Origin: a virus
Taxonomy: Duplodnaviria; Caudoviricetes
Direction: 5' to 3' (one strand)
Virus record (IMG/VR): IMGVR_UViG_3300027804_000071
Span: 913 to 64,912 of that record
DNA length: 64,000 nucleotides
This document shows positions 44,747 to 54,245 of the stretch, in pieces. Under the pieces are notes generated by a model that was given only the letters and a program-made list of their open reading frames with translations, had not been told where the DNA came from and searched no databases. Position numbers and translations under genes: made by a program. How positions within the stretch are numbered: the stretch's first letter is position 1; each line of letters begins with the position of its first letter.

Positions 44747-45412
44747 ATGTTCGCAGCCTCGTCATTCGCAGAAGCCCCATTTGCCAGCGGTTCGGTAAGT
44801 GAAGGCACGGTTGCGTATCCTGAAGGCGTATCTGCTACTGGCCAAATAGGCACCCCATTTGTAATTGGTACAGGTTCTACGGCTACTACTGGCGTTGAAG
44901 GCATTGTTTATGTAGGTACGGTTTCTGTAGTTGGTGAAGCCAATATTGATGTTACAGGTTTACAGGCCACAGGACAGATCGGCAACGTCAGCATTATTAG
45001 TGCGGCGGTTATATCCGTTACAGGCGTTCAAGGTACCACTGCTTTAGGTACGGCTACAGCTAATGCGGCGGCTGTTGTTACGCTTACTGGATTACAGGCT
45101 ATTGGCTCTATAGGTAATGTTACCGTAGCTGGTAAATCAGTTATTAATGTAACGGGTGTCGTAGGCACAACATTCTTAGGAACCGCGGTAGTTGATGCAG
45201 CGGCAACAGCAAACGTTACTGGTGTTTCTGCAACAGGTTTTGTAGGCAATGTAACGATTACTGGTAAAGCGATTGTCACTGTAACAGGTGTTACAGCCAC
45301 TGGATACGTTGCTCAAGTGCTTGTTTGGGGTCTAATTGATAACTCACAAACGCCAAATTGGGTTAATATTACAACATCTGAAGACCCTACTTGGATTCAA
45401 ATACCTTCATAA
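44747..45412 (+). CDS. Virion structural repeat protein
   Basis: Repeated VTGVxATGxVG units. Confidence 0.6.
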   Translation: MFAASSFAEAPFASGSVSEGTVAYPEGVSATGQIGTPFVIGTGSTATTGVEGIVYVGTVSVVGEANIDVTGLQATGQIGNVSIISAAVISVTGVQGTTALGTATANAAAVVTLTGLQAIGSIGNVTVAGKSVINVTGVVGTTFLGTAVVDAAATANVTGVSATGFVGNVTITGKAIVTVTGVTATGYVAQVLVWGLIDNSQTPNWVNITTSEDPTWIQIPS

Positions 45413-45421
45413 GGAATTAAC

Positions 45422-46141
45422 ATGTCAACTTATTCAACAACATTACGTATAGAACTCATCGGCGCTGGTGAGCAAGACGGTGTTTGGGGTGATACAACCA
45501 ATTCAAACCTAGGCACAATCATTGAATCTGCCATCACTAACGTGGTAGATATTACTTTTGCTAACGCAACTTATACCTTATCAGCCAATAACGGCTTACC
45601 AGATGAGGCCCGCAATGCTGTGTTAAACCTTATTGGCTCTAACTCAACAGCTCAAAACCTAATTGCCCCAGCGGTTGAAAAGACTTATATCATCAAAAAC
45701 GCCACAGGTGCAACGGTCACAATTAAAACTTCAAGTGGATCAGGTGTAGCAATCTCTAACGGTACAACAAGAATCGTTTGGTGCGATGGTACAACCTTTT
45801 ATACAGCAGCCTCTCAAACGGTAGTTGCTGCTGGTACTGGCATAAACGTAGCCACGGTAGGTGATACTACAACAGTTACTTTAGCCAATACTGCGGTTAC
45901 GGCTGGAAACTATGCAGCTGCTACATTAACTATTGATGCACAGGGCAGGATTACAGCGGCAGCTAACGCCTCTATTGTGAATACAGCTATTGGTACAGCC
46001 AATGCTATTAACGTGTCAGCAGCTACAGGAAACGTCACATTCTCAATTGCTGGTGCGTCAAACGGATTTGGAGTACGAACAGTTTCTACTTCTGGTCCAG
46101 CAGGCGGTTCTGACGGCGACATTTGGTATCAGGTAGCTTAA
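45422..46141 (+). CDS. Tail structural protein
   Basis: LRIELIGAGEQDGVWGDTTN...WCDGT...GDIWYQ. Confidence 0.65.
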   Translation: MSTYSTTLRIELIGAGEQDGVWGDTTNSNLGTIIESAITNVVDITFANATYTLSANNGLPDEARNAVLNLIGSNSTAQNLIAPAVEKTYIIKNATGATVTIKTSSGSGVAISNGTTRIVWCDGTTFYTAASQTVVAAGTGINVATVGDTTTVTLANTAVTAGNYAAATLTIDAQGRITAAANASIVNTAIGTANAINVSAATGNVTFSIAGASNGFGVRTVSTSGPAGGSDGDIWYQVA

Positions 46142-47532
46142 TGCCTAAATTATATGTAAAACAGTCTGGAACTTGGAAGCAAGTTTTAGCCATGTACGTA
46201 AAACAAAGCGGGGTATGGAAAAGCCCAACAGCCGCGCTAGTTACCCAAAGTGGTGTTGGTAAACAGTTTTATCCAGATTCAACGGGCCCTGTAACGTATA
46301 CAACGGCGGGTACTTATTCTTATGTAGTCCCAGCAGGTGTTACATCTATTACTACAACCGTTGTAGGTGCTGGCGGTGGTGGTGGCGGGGATAATAGTAA
46401 CGGAGATACATTCCGAGGCGGTTCAGGCGGTTCAGGTGGGTATTATTCTAACCAGTCTATCGTTGTTACTCCAGGTGAAACTTTGACTATTACAGTTGGA
46501 GCGCAAGGTTTAAGTGGTTGGTATAACTTTGGTGGAGGCATGCAATGTGCTGGTACATCTGGCTCGCAAAACGGTACAGCTGGTGGGCTTTCTAGAATAT
46601 CTAGGGGAGGTACAGCTTTACTTACAGCAACGGGCGGCGGTGGCGGTACAGGCGCTCAAAATAACTTTAATAGTGCTGGAGGTACAGCTGGCTCTCCTAG
46701 CGGAGTTGCTGGCACTTCTGGTGGTACAGTTTTTAACGGATTCCCAGCATTAGCTGGTGGAAGTAATGGCACTGGCTTTGGTACTGGTGGCTCTAGTAAC
46801 GGCTTTAACCCAGGATATACGTGCCCAACTAAAGGTGGTACAGGTTTTGTATCTATTACTCCAGTAAACGCTAACGCTATTACATATTCATCAGGTTCAT
46901 TTTCATTTACTGTTCCAGCGGGCGTTACTTCAGTAAGAATTTATGCTGCTGGTGGCGGTGGTGGTGGCGGCTCAGGTTCTTTTTCAAATGCTGACACTGG
47001 TGTTTATGGCCCTGGTGGCGGTGGCGGTGGTGGTGCGTACATGAATAACATCACGCTATCTACCACACCTGGTACAAATATTACTGGAACAATTGGTGCT
47101 GGCGGTGCAGGTGGTGGTTTTGGTGGTGTATATCAAAGTGGTATTACTGGTAACTCTGGTAGTGCAACTACTATTACACGGTCTGGCGCTGGTACGATTA
47201 CATTAAATGGCGGGGCTGGTGGCTCTGGCGGTAACGTAAACGGCTTTGGTGTTGCTACTGGCGGTGCTGGTGGTACTGCTTCAGGATCTGGTTCAAACGG
47301 TAGTGCTGGTTTAGGTGGCGACACTGGTGGCTCAGATGTTCCTGGATATAACGGCGGTAATTCATACGGTGCTGGCGGTGCTGGCGGCTCTAAAGTAGGC
47401 GGTGACAACCCAGGCTCACCTGGAACAAACGGTGGCGGTGGCGGTGGCGGTTCATCACATACTTATTTTGGTGATAATTTGGGTCTGCTTGGTGGCGCTG
47501 GCGGCAATGGTTTTGTAACAATTATTTATTAA
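46141..47532 (+). CDS. Tail fibre with two glycine-rich domains
   Basis: Two copies of Y/FxVPAGVTS...GAGGGGG...GxGFVxI. Confidence 0.7.
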   Translation: MPKLYVKQSGTWKQVLAMYVKQSGVWKSPTAALVTQSGVGKQFYPDSTGPVTYTTAGTYSYVVPAGVTSITTTVVGAGGGGGGDNSNGDTFRGGSGGSGGYYSNQSIVVTPGETLTITVGAQGLSGWYNFGGGMQCAGTSGSQNGTAGGLSRISRGGTALLTATGGGGGTGAQNNFNSAGGTAGSPSGVAGTSGGTVFNGFPALAGGSNGTGFGTGGSSNGFNPGYTCPTKGGTGFVSITPVNANAITYSSGSFSFTVPAGVTSVRIYAAGGGGGGGSGSFSNADTGVYGPGGGGGGGAYMNNITLSTTPGTNITGTIGAGGAGGGFGGVYQSGITGNSGSATTITRSGAGTITLNGGAGGSGGNVNGFGVATGGAGGTASGSGSNGSAGLGGDTGGSDVPGYNGGNSYGAGGAGGSKVGGDNPGSPGTNGGGGGGGSSHTYFGDNLGLLGGAGGNGFVTIIY

Positions 47533-47538
47533 GTACAT

Positions 47539-47850
47539 ATGACATATTTTGCTAAAGTAGAAAACGGTGTTGTAACGGGAACAATTGAAGCAAACCCAGA
47601 AATGGTAGCAAATGGGGTTTGTGGCGAGCCATCTTTGTTTATTGAATACTCCGAAAATAGTAAACGCCCAGCTGTTCTTGGCGGTACTTATAGGGCAGAC
47701 ATCAATGAGTTTATTAATCCAAGCCCATATCCGTCTTGGGGGTTAGATTCAAACAACGACTGGCAGCCATTAACACCAAAGCCAACGCAAGGCAATTACT
47801 ATTGGTCTGAGCAAGATTTAGCTTGGATTGAAATTATTTCACCTGTATAA
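47539..47850 (+). CDS. Tail-fibre-associated protein
   Basis: MTYFAKVENGVVT...PSPYPSW...W.PLTPKP...W.E pattern. Confidence 0.55.
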   Translation: MTYFAKVENGVVTGTIEANPEMVANGVCGEPSLFIEYSENSKRPAVLGGTYRADINEFINPSPYPSWGLDSNNDWQPLTPKPTQGNYYWSEQDLAWIEIISPV

Positions 47851-47858
47851 GGATTTAT

Positions 47859-48056
47859 ATGATTATTGAAAAACAAGCAGAAGCTGGTGACGTAGCACAT
47901 AAGGTAGAAATCTACTGCCCTAGCTGTAATCGTGATGTTGATGAAACAGAATTAGCTGCACAAAAGTGCAATGATTGCGGTGAAGATCTATCTACGCCAA
48001 AACAGTCAGTGACTATTGCAGCAACCTCTGTTTCCACTATTGGTATCCTATGGTAA
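47859..48056 (+). CDS. Zinc-ribbon protein
   Basis: CPSC...CNDC. Confidence 0.6.
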   Translation: MIIEKQAEAGDVAHKVEIYCPSCNRDVDETELAAQKCNDCGEDLSTPKQSVTIAATSVSTIGILW

Positions 48057-48544
48057 GAGCTGCTCAGTTACTTTGCTGGTTTCTTGGAGGTATCCTCCTT
48101 GGAGGAATAATTGCCTCTTCTATGGCTCAAGACACCACGATTAACTATAAAGGCCAGCCACCAGCAGGTGCTATGGCGCCGTCTATCAGTTCATTCAGCC
48201 AGGATAACTGCTTAGTTGCTGTATCTGGGGCTATTAGCTCTACGGTAATTGGCTTCTCTGGCGGTTCTTACATGATGGATGAGGATTGCTCACGCCGTAA
48301 GTGGGCATCGTTCTTATCCAATAACGGTCTAAAAGTTGCTGCTGTTGCTATTGCTTGTTCAGCTCGTGAAGAAAACTGGGATGCCATGATGATGTCAGGC
48401 ACACCTTGTCCGATTGATGGTCTTGTTGGCGATGCAGCGCGCAACGAGTGGATTAAACGTCATCCTGAAAAGTTTAAGAAATTATATGGTTCGGTTCCTC
48501 CTCTTGTTGACTTGGCTGCTGTTAAGCCTGACGAAAGCAAATAA
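48050..48544 (+). CDS. Exported hypothetical protein
   Basis: Signal peptide; APSI...NC...DEDCSRRK...MMMSGTPCP. Confidence 0.65.
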   Translation: MVRAAQLLCWFLGGILLGGIIASSMAQDTTINYKGQPPAGAMAPSISSFSQDNCLVAVSGAISSTVIGFSGGSYMMDEDCSRRKWASFLSNNGLKVAAVAIACSAREENWDAMMMSGTPCPIDGLVGDAARNEWIKRHPEKFKKLYGSVPPLVDLAAVKPDESK

Positions 48545-49676
48545 TGTTCAAGCGGCTTGTTATGCTGGTACGTGGACTAATGGGTTGCCAGTCTACAGCT
48601 CCCTCTTTGTTGACGGTGGAACAACCCTCGCTCAGTGTCAAGCCGTTGCGTGCCAAGCGTACCCAGGAATCTCAACCAGTTGCCCAGCCGTCTGCCAAAC
48701 CGAAAGTCAAACGCAAACCAAAAGCTGTCCAACCAACTTCACAGGCCAATTCACGGAAAGCCGCACCAAAACCTGCCCAGACAACACCTGGCAACCGTGG
48801 ACAGTCATCCAAGACACTTGCACCCCAAACCCAGTCACTTGCATCTACCAAGCGCAAGTCGAAACAAGAATCTGCCCAGTCAACCACAGTGGCAGCCAAA
48901 CCTGGAAAAAAGAGACCAACTGTCCGTCAGGTAGCTATGGTCAGCCAGTCCAAACCGACTGGTTCAAAATCCAAGACACCTGCGTCAAAAACCCGCCAAC
49001 ATGTCAAGTAAGCAGCGAACAACAAACACTCAGTTGTCAGACAGGCTTTACGGGGAGCATTATCCAGACTCGTTCCTCGACATGCCCAGACCCTTACGCA
49101 CAACCCGTTATAGGCCAGTGGACGACAACGACAAATACGTGCGTGAAGAATGTAACCAACCCAACGAATCCAACTTCGCCAGTAAGTCCGATCAATCGAA
49201 ATTCGACCACATCTGCCCCAACAACCCCATCCTTACCTGTAACTGCACCGACCCCAAATATTGCGCCGAACTCGGAAGCGATCCCGATGGCACCGCCGCC
49301 CAAACCGAAGGAACGGGAACAGAAGAGGGAAGAGACGGAAACAAGCGATGCCCCGAAAGTGGAAGGACCTGCAACAAAAGAGTCTGCCCCCAAGAGTGTC
49401 TCGGAGACAAAGACGGATTCTCCGACAACCTCGAATACACAGGCATCCCCATCCCCACCCCCAAAAGGGAAAACGCAGTCGGTGGTTGGCCTTGTGTTGT
49501 CGTTGGAGCTGTTTGTGAAACCTGGGCTACAGCAACCGAACATATTCTTCGAACCACAGCTAGTGGGTGGAATACCGAACAGCATACTGACGCAAGATTT
49601 AATAATGATGGACCTGTTGCAACAAAAGGGCTTTAACCAGCCAGACTACAACCAAGATTTAGGATTTGAGCAATGA
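48486..49676 (+). CDS. Exported Cys-repeat protein with Pro/Ser/Thr-rich stalk
   Basis: Signal MVRFLLLLTWLLLSL; three CxxxxQ..C..G..G...C...W....TC repeats; ATGA coupling to the next gene. Confidence 0.6.
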   Translation: MVRFLLLLTWLLLSLTKANNVQAACYAGTWTNGLPVYSSLFVDGGTTLAQCQAVACQAYPGISTSCPAVCQTESQTQTKSCPTNFTGQFTESRTKTCPDNTWQPWTVIQDTCTPNPVTCIYQAQVETRICPVNHSGSQTWKKETNCPSGSYGQPVQTDWFKIQDTCVKNPPTCQVSSEQQTLSCQTGFTGSIIQTRSSTCPDPYAQPVIGQWTTTTNTCVKNVTNPTNPTSPVSPINRNSTTSAPTTPSLPVTAPTPNIAPNSEAIPMAPPPKPKEREQKREETETSDAPKVEGPATKESAPKSVSETKTDSPTTSNTQASPSPPPKGKTQSVVGLVLSLELFVKPGLQQPNIFFEPQLVGGIPNSILTQDLIMMDLLQQKGFNQPDYNQDLGFEQ

Positions 49677-50125
49677 GTGATTTACAAAAATTAGACCAAG
49701 TACAAGGCTTTGTAGATAAGTGGGTTACTTGGGCCAAGCAGAACACGATGGTAGCTGGCTTCATTATTGCTGGCGTACCTGCTATTTTAGGTGCTGGCTA
49801 TACAGGTATTACCAAGTTCAACGAAGTTAAAGAGATGTATGAGGGTTACAGCGACACTGCCTCATCCGCAGCATCCGCAGAGCGCAAGGTCAAGCTACTA
49901 GAAGAGAAGGTAGCGGATCAACGTGAAGTAATAGCTAAGATGCAGGAGCGTTTAGCCGAGGCGTTGATGGCAGCGCGCGAAGCCAAGATTGTTGCAGAAA
50001 GCACACAGAAAGAACTACGTTCTGGGCTGGCTGCACAAAAGGTTGAGCTAGATGTAACAAGTTCTACACTACGCTCTGAGATGAATACATTAAAACGTGC
50101 AACAACTAACCGTTTAGGACAATAA
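49673..50125 (+). CDS. Membrane-anchored coiled-coil protein (i-spanin-like topology)
   Basis: N-terminal TM segment then coiled coil, adjacent to holin and endolysin. Confidence 0.5.
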   Translation: MSDLQKLDQVQGFVDKWVTWAKQNTMVAGFIIAGVPAILGAGYTGITKFNEVKEMYEGYSDTASSAASAERKVKLLEEKVADQREVIAKMQERLAEALMAAREAKIVAESTQKELRSGLAAQKVELDVTSSTLRSEMNTLKRATTNRLGQ

Positions 50126-50126
50126 A

Positions 50127-50630
50127 ATGTTATCGCTAATTTCAACACTAGGTGGCTTGTTAATTTCAGGATTGCCAAGCGTATTGGGTTTCTTCCAAGA
50201 TAAGTCTGACAAGGCGCATGAGCTAGATCTAGCTAGGATGCAGACTGAGCGTGAAATCCAGATGATGGAGAAAGGCTACGCAGCACAAGCCAAGGTAGAA
50301 GAGATTCGCACTGACCAAGTAATGATGCAGACAGATGCAGACATGACTAAGGCGGCTTATGAGCATGATGCCAAAGTACTACAAAAGGCGGCTCCGTGGG
50401 CTTCTACCTTTGTGGCTACAGTTCGTCCGATGGTGACTTACTTGTTTGTGGCTGAGTTGTTTGTGATTAACGTAGGTATCGGTATCTACGTGTTTATGCA
50501 CCCAGGCGTTATTGGAAACATTGATGACTTGTTAAAGATTTCTGATGAGATTTTTAGTGATGATGAAATGGCTATGCTAGGCGGCATTATTGGCTACTGG
50601 TTCGGATCACGTGGGTGGTCTAAAAAGTGA
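50127..50630 (+). CDS. Holin (3-TM family-like)
   Basis: Hydrophobic N-terminus, VRPMVTY, GIIGYWFGSR; directly before the lysozyme. Confidence 0.65.
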   Translation: MLSLISTLGGLLISGLPSVLGFFQDKSDKAHELDLARMQTEREIQMMEKGYAAQAKVEEIRTDQVMMQTDADMTKAAYEHDAKVLQKAAPWASTFVATVRPMVTYLFVAELFVINVGIGIYVFMHPGVIGNIDDLLKISDEIFSDDEMAMLGGIIGYWFGSRGWSKK

Positions 50631-51103
50631 ACGTAAGCGAAAAGCTTATTGAGATGATTAAACATGACGAGGGGGTGAAGACCTCCCCGTACCAGTGTCC
50701 TGCTTTACTTTGGACTTGTGGTGTTGGGCATGTTATTGATCCTACCCATGCTAGAGTTAAGTTAGAAGACCGAAAAGCACTTCCTATTCCTGCTGGGTGG
50801 AATCGGGTTCTAAGCATGGATGAAGTAAACGACATCCTAAAGAAAGACCTAAACAGGTTTGAAGCAGGCGTTCATCGCTTATGCCCAGGTGAAATGACTC
50901 AAGGTCAGTTTGATGCTTTGGTTAGCTTTTCATTCAATGTAGGTCTTGGTAACTTGCAAAACAGTACCCTAAGAATGAAGCACAACCGAAAAGAATTTGA
51001 GGCTGCCGCAGAAGAGTTCTTGAAGTGGAACAAAGCTGGTGGTAAAGTGCTAAAAGGGTTAGATAAACGCCGCAAGGGTGAAAAAGCCCTGTACGAATCT
51101 TAG
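50627..51103 (+). CDS. Endolysin, GH24 lysozyme
   Basis: IKHDEG...PYQCPA..WTCGVGH; QGQFDALVSFSFNVG; WNKAGGKVLKGL..RR..E. Confidence 0.92.
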   Translation: MNVSEKLIEMIKHDEGVKTSPYQCPALLWTCGVGHVIDPTHARVKLEDRKALPIPAGWNRVLSMDEVNDILKKDLNRFEAGVHRLCPGEMTQGQFDALVSFSFNVGLGNLQNSTLRMKHNRKEFEAAAEEFLKWNKAGGKVLKGLDKRRKGEKALYES

Positions 51104-51111
51104 GGTAAATT

Positions 51112-53016
51112 ATGCCGTTACAGAAACTTGTATTCCGACCAGGTGTTAATAAAGAAAATACTAACTACGCTAATGAGGGTGGCTGGTACGATTGCGACAA
51201 AATCCGTTTTCGTTCTGGTTTTCCTGAAAAGCTAGGGGGTTGGACACGTTTTTCTAACAACCAGTTTTTAGGCATATGCCGTTCTTTAAATAACTGGACC
51301 TTACTAGATGGGGTTAGCATCATTGGAGTTGGTACAAACTCTAAGATGTACCTAAATAAAGGCGGTGCTTACTACGACATCACGCCTATTTATGACGTTA
51401 CAGTCAACGCTTCTACGGCTACATCAGGCCCATTCTTCGCCTCAAACGGTAGTAACGTTGTTACAGTGGTGGATGCTACTTACAACCCAGAGGCGGGTGA
51501 CTATGTTATCTTTTCAGGTGCTGCTAATCTATATAACACTAGCGGTAACGTATCTGCTACTATTTTAAATACCGAATATGAGGTGGCATCGGTTGTTAAC
51601 GCTACAGCGTACACCGTTATCATTCCTACAACAGCTACAGCCAATGACACTCGTCATGGTGGTAACTCAACCACAATCACTTACCTATTGCCGTCTGGTA
51701 ATGACGTATACACCATAGGTACAGGCTGGGGTGCTGGTCCTTGGTCACGCGGGACTTGGAGTTCTGGTTATACATCAGGTATTGGTTCCCAGTTGCGTTT
51801 ATGGACTCAGGATAACTTTGGCGAAGACTTCATCTTTGCACCTCGTGGCGGTGATCTTTATTACTGGGATGCCACTACAGGTGTTAGCGTCCGTGCTATT
51901 ACATTAGAATCAGCAGCCAATGCCGCATCTTATTCAGGACAGTTTGTTCCAAAAACAACCAACCAGGTTATTTCATCTGCGGTACAGCGTTTTGTTATTT
52001 GTTTTGGGGCTAACCCATATGACCCAGCTGACTCAAATACAGCATTTGACCCCTTGTTAGTCCGCTGGTCTGACCAAGAAAACCCATTTGACTGGGTACC
52101 TTCAGCGACTAACCAGTCTGGCGAACAGCGCCTAACTATTGGCTCATCAATTATTCAAGCGGTTAATACCCGTCAAGAGATTGTCGTATTTACAGATGCT
52201 GCGGTTTATTCTATGCAGTATCTAGGACCACCGTATGTATTTGGCTTCCAGCTCTTACAGGACAACATTTCCATTATGAGTCCTAGAGCAGCCATTACGA
52301 TTAACAACGTTACCTACTGGATGGGTTCAGACAAGTTCTTCTCATACTCTGGTCGTGTGGAAACATTACCATCCAGCTTGCGTACATTTGTGTTCCAAAA
52401 CTTAAACAGAGACCAATCGTGGCAAATTTTTGCCGCCTCTAACGAGCAGTATTCAGAGGTGTGGTGGTTCTATTGTTCTACAGGTTCTTTGATAGTAGAT
52501 AGCTATGTGGTGTACAACTACCTAGACCGTGTGTGGTATTACGGCACAATGGGACGTACAGCATGGTTTGACTCTGGTACACAACAGCACCCAATCGCTG
52601 CTGACTATAATCGCCGCCTTCTTAACCATGAAGATGGTGTAGATGACGTTTCAGGCCCTAGTGCTGTGGCTATTAATGCTTACATTCAGTCATCTGACTT
52701 TGATATTGGCGATGGTCATAACTTTGGCTTTGTATGGCGTATATTGCCTGACGTTACCTTTGCTGGATCTAATGCAGCTAATCCTAGCTGCACAATGGTT
52801 GTTAAGCCAAGAACTAACGCAGGTACAGCTTATGGAACACCAAACGACAAAACAGTTGTAAGAACTCAGCAGTATCCCGTAGAGCTGTTCACAGGTCAGG
52901 TATATACCCGTATCCGTGGTCGTCAGATGGCTTTCCGCATTGAAAGTGCTACCGTAGGTACAACTTGGCAGCTTGGCGCCCCTCGTATTGATATTCGCCC
53001 AGACGGAAGAAGATAA
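51112..53016 (+). CDS. Tail nozzle / DNA-stabilisation protein (P22 gp10 / tubular B-like)
   Basis: 634 aa; RWSDQENP..W, FYCS, WYYG beta-propeller-like patterns. Confidence 0.7.
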   Translation: MPLQKLVFRPGVNKENTNYANEGGWYDCDKIRFRSGFPEKLGGWTRFSNNQFLGICRSLNNWTLLDGVSIIGVGTNSKMYLNKGGAYYDITPIYDVTVNASTATSGPFFASNGSNVVTVVDATYNPEAGDYVIFSGAANLYNTSGNVSATILNTEYEVASVVNATAYTVIIPTTATANDTRHGGNSTTITYLLPSGNDVYTIGTGWGAGPWSRGTWSSGYTSGIGSQLRLWTQDNFGEDFIFAPRGGDLYYWDATTGVSVRAITLESAANAASYSGQFVPKTTNQVISSAVQRFVICFGANPYDPADSNTAFDPLLVRWSDQENPFDWVPSATNQSGEQRLTIGSSIIQAVNTRQEIVVFTDAAVYSMQYLGPPYVFGFQLLQDNISIMSPRAAITINNVTYWMGSDKFFSYSGRVETLPSSLRTFVFQNLNRDQSWQIFAASNEQYSEVWWFYCSTGSLIVDSYVVYNYLDRVWYYGTMGRTAWFDSGTQQHPIAADYNRRLLNHEDGVDDVSGPSAVAINAYIQSSDFDIGDGHNFGFVWRILPDVTFAGSNAANPSCTMVVKPRTNAGTAYGTPNDKTVVRTQQYPVELFTGQVYTRIRGRQMAFRIESATVGTTWQLGAPRIDIRPDGRR

Positions 53017-53291
53017 TGGCATTAATCCCACCAAAGGCCCCCAACCTCTTACTTGCCCCACCAGCTGAGTATGAACCTCAATATCAAGAACAGTTAAACA
53101 ATGCCTTACGCCTTTATTTTGCGCAGGTAGATAACTTTGCTCAGGGCATAAATGTGCCTCCCTCTGGGACTACAGCAAATAGGCCAGTCACTTTTTTAGT
53201 TATTGGACAGCAGTACTACGACACCACACTTGGGTACCCAATTTGGTATAACGGAACAGTGTGGAAAAACGCTAGCGGAACAACCGTCTAA
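53016..53291 (+). CDS. Small virion protein
   Basis: LRLYF...SGTTANRP...YYDTTLGYPIWY. Confidence 0.55.
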   Translation: MALIPPKAPNLLLAPPAEYEPQYQEQLNNALRLYFAQVDNFAQGINVPPSGTTANRPVTFLVIGQQYYDTTLGYPIWYNGTVWKNASGTTV

Positions 53292-53330
53292 CATGATAAC
53301 ATTCAACATAATCAACTCAGCGAGGCAAGA

Positions 53331-53831
53331 ATGAGCCTACAAGACATTAATCAAATGCAACAGTCCACTGGATCGTTGGCTTCTGCCATTGCTCCAGCTG
53401 TTCAGACTAGCATAGTTCCTCAACAGTTTGCTGAAGGTGGTATTGCTGCTGCTGATAAGTCCATGAAAACAAACAAGATTGCTAAAATCTTAGGCAATTA
53501 CTTTAGCAACCGTGGTATTCCCATGGATGTTGGTATGCAAAGTGTTAAGAAAGAAGTGTCTGAAGGTCTAAAACTAGTACCTTTTGAGGACTCAGTAATG
53601 GGTTACAAGATGCTAAAGCCTGGTGTAGCTCAGGTTCACTTCTTTACAATTGCTACAGTTCAAGATCTATCTAACGATATTCAGTATTTTGTCAAAGAAT
53701 TAAAGAAGGTTGGAGTTCGTACCATTTATGACTCTGAGCCAGCCCCTGTAACAACAACTACTTTGAAAGAAACTGGCGCCCGTATTGAGGAGTCAGACAT
53801 TCCAAAGTACAAATTCAAAGCTACCATATGA
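53331..53831 (+). CDS. Hypothetical internal-virion-associated protein
   Basis: Contains the FAEGG motif; at the start of the ejection module. Confidence 0.5.
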   Translation: MSLQDINQMQQSTGSLASAIAPAVQTSIVPQQFAEGGIAAADKSMKTNKIAKILGNYFSNRGIPMDVGMQSVKKEVSEGLKLVPFEDSVMGYKMLKPGVAQVHFFTIATVQDLSNDIQYFVKELKKVGVRTIYDSEPAPVTTTTLKETGARIEESDIPKYKFKATI

Positions 53832-54244
53832 CAGTCACTCTAACACCTGTTAGAGATGTATCCGTTGAACAGAAGTTTGACTCATTGATTGACGCCGTTA
53901 AAAGCGCACCACAGGTAGAGTGTCCAGAAAAGCATCATTTTGGACCGAACATTTACATAAAAGAGGTAACTTTGCCAGCTGGTTCAGTGATTGTTGGCAA
54001 GTACCACAGACATGAGCATCTCTGCAACATGGTATCAGGCAAGATGATCGTAGTAGATTCAGAAGGCAATCGTACAGAATTAGTAGCACCAGTTACCTTT
54101 ATGGCCAAATCTGGGCGTAAAATTGCGTATATTATTGAAACAGTAGTATTCCAAAACATTTACTCAACCAGCGAAACTGATATACAAAAGCTTGAGGATA
54201 TGATTGTGGATAACTCTAAAGATATGTTGTTAGAAGGGAATTGA
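53828..54244 (+). CDS. Cupin-fold protein
   Basis: HHFGPNIYIKEVTLPAG..IVGKYHRHEH. Confidence 0.65.
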   Translation: MTVTLTPVRDVSVEQKFDSLIDAVKSAPQVECPEKHHFGPNIYIKEVTLPAGSVIVGKYHRHEHLCNMVSGKMIVVDSEGNRTELVAPVTFMAKSGRKIAYIIETVVFQNIYSTSETDIQKLEDMIVDNSKDMLLEGN

Positions 54245-54245
54245 T

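Noticed and set aside
38679-47532. Diversity-generating retroelement acting on tail fibres
   Set aside because: No reverse transcriptase and no adenine-mismatched template/variable repeat pair were noticed.
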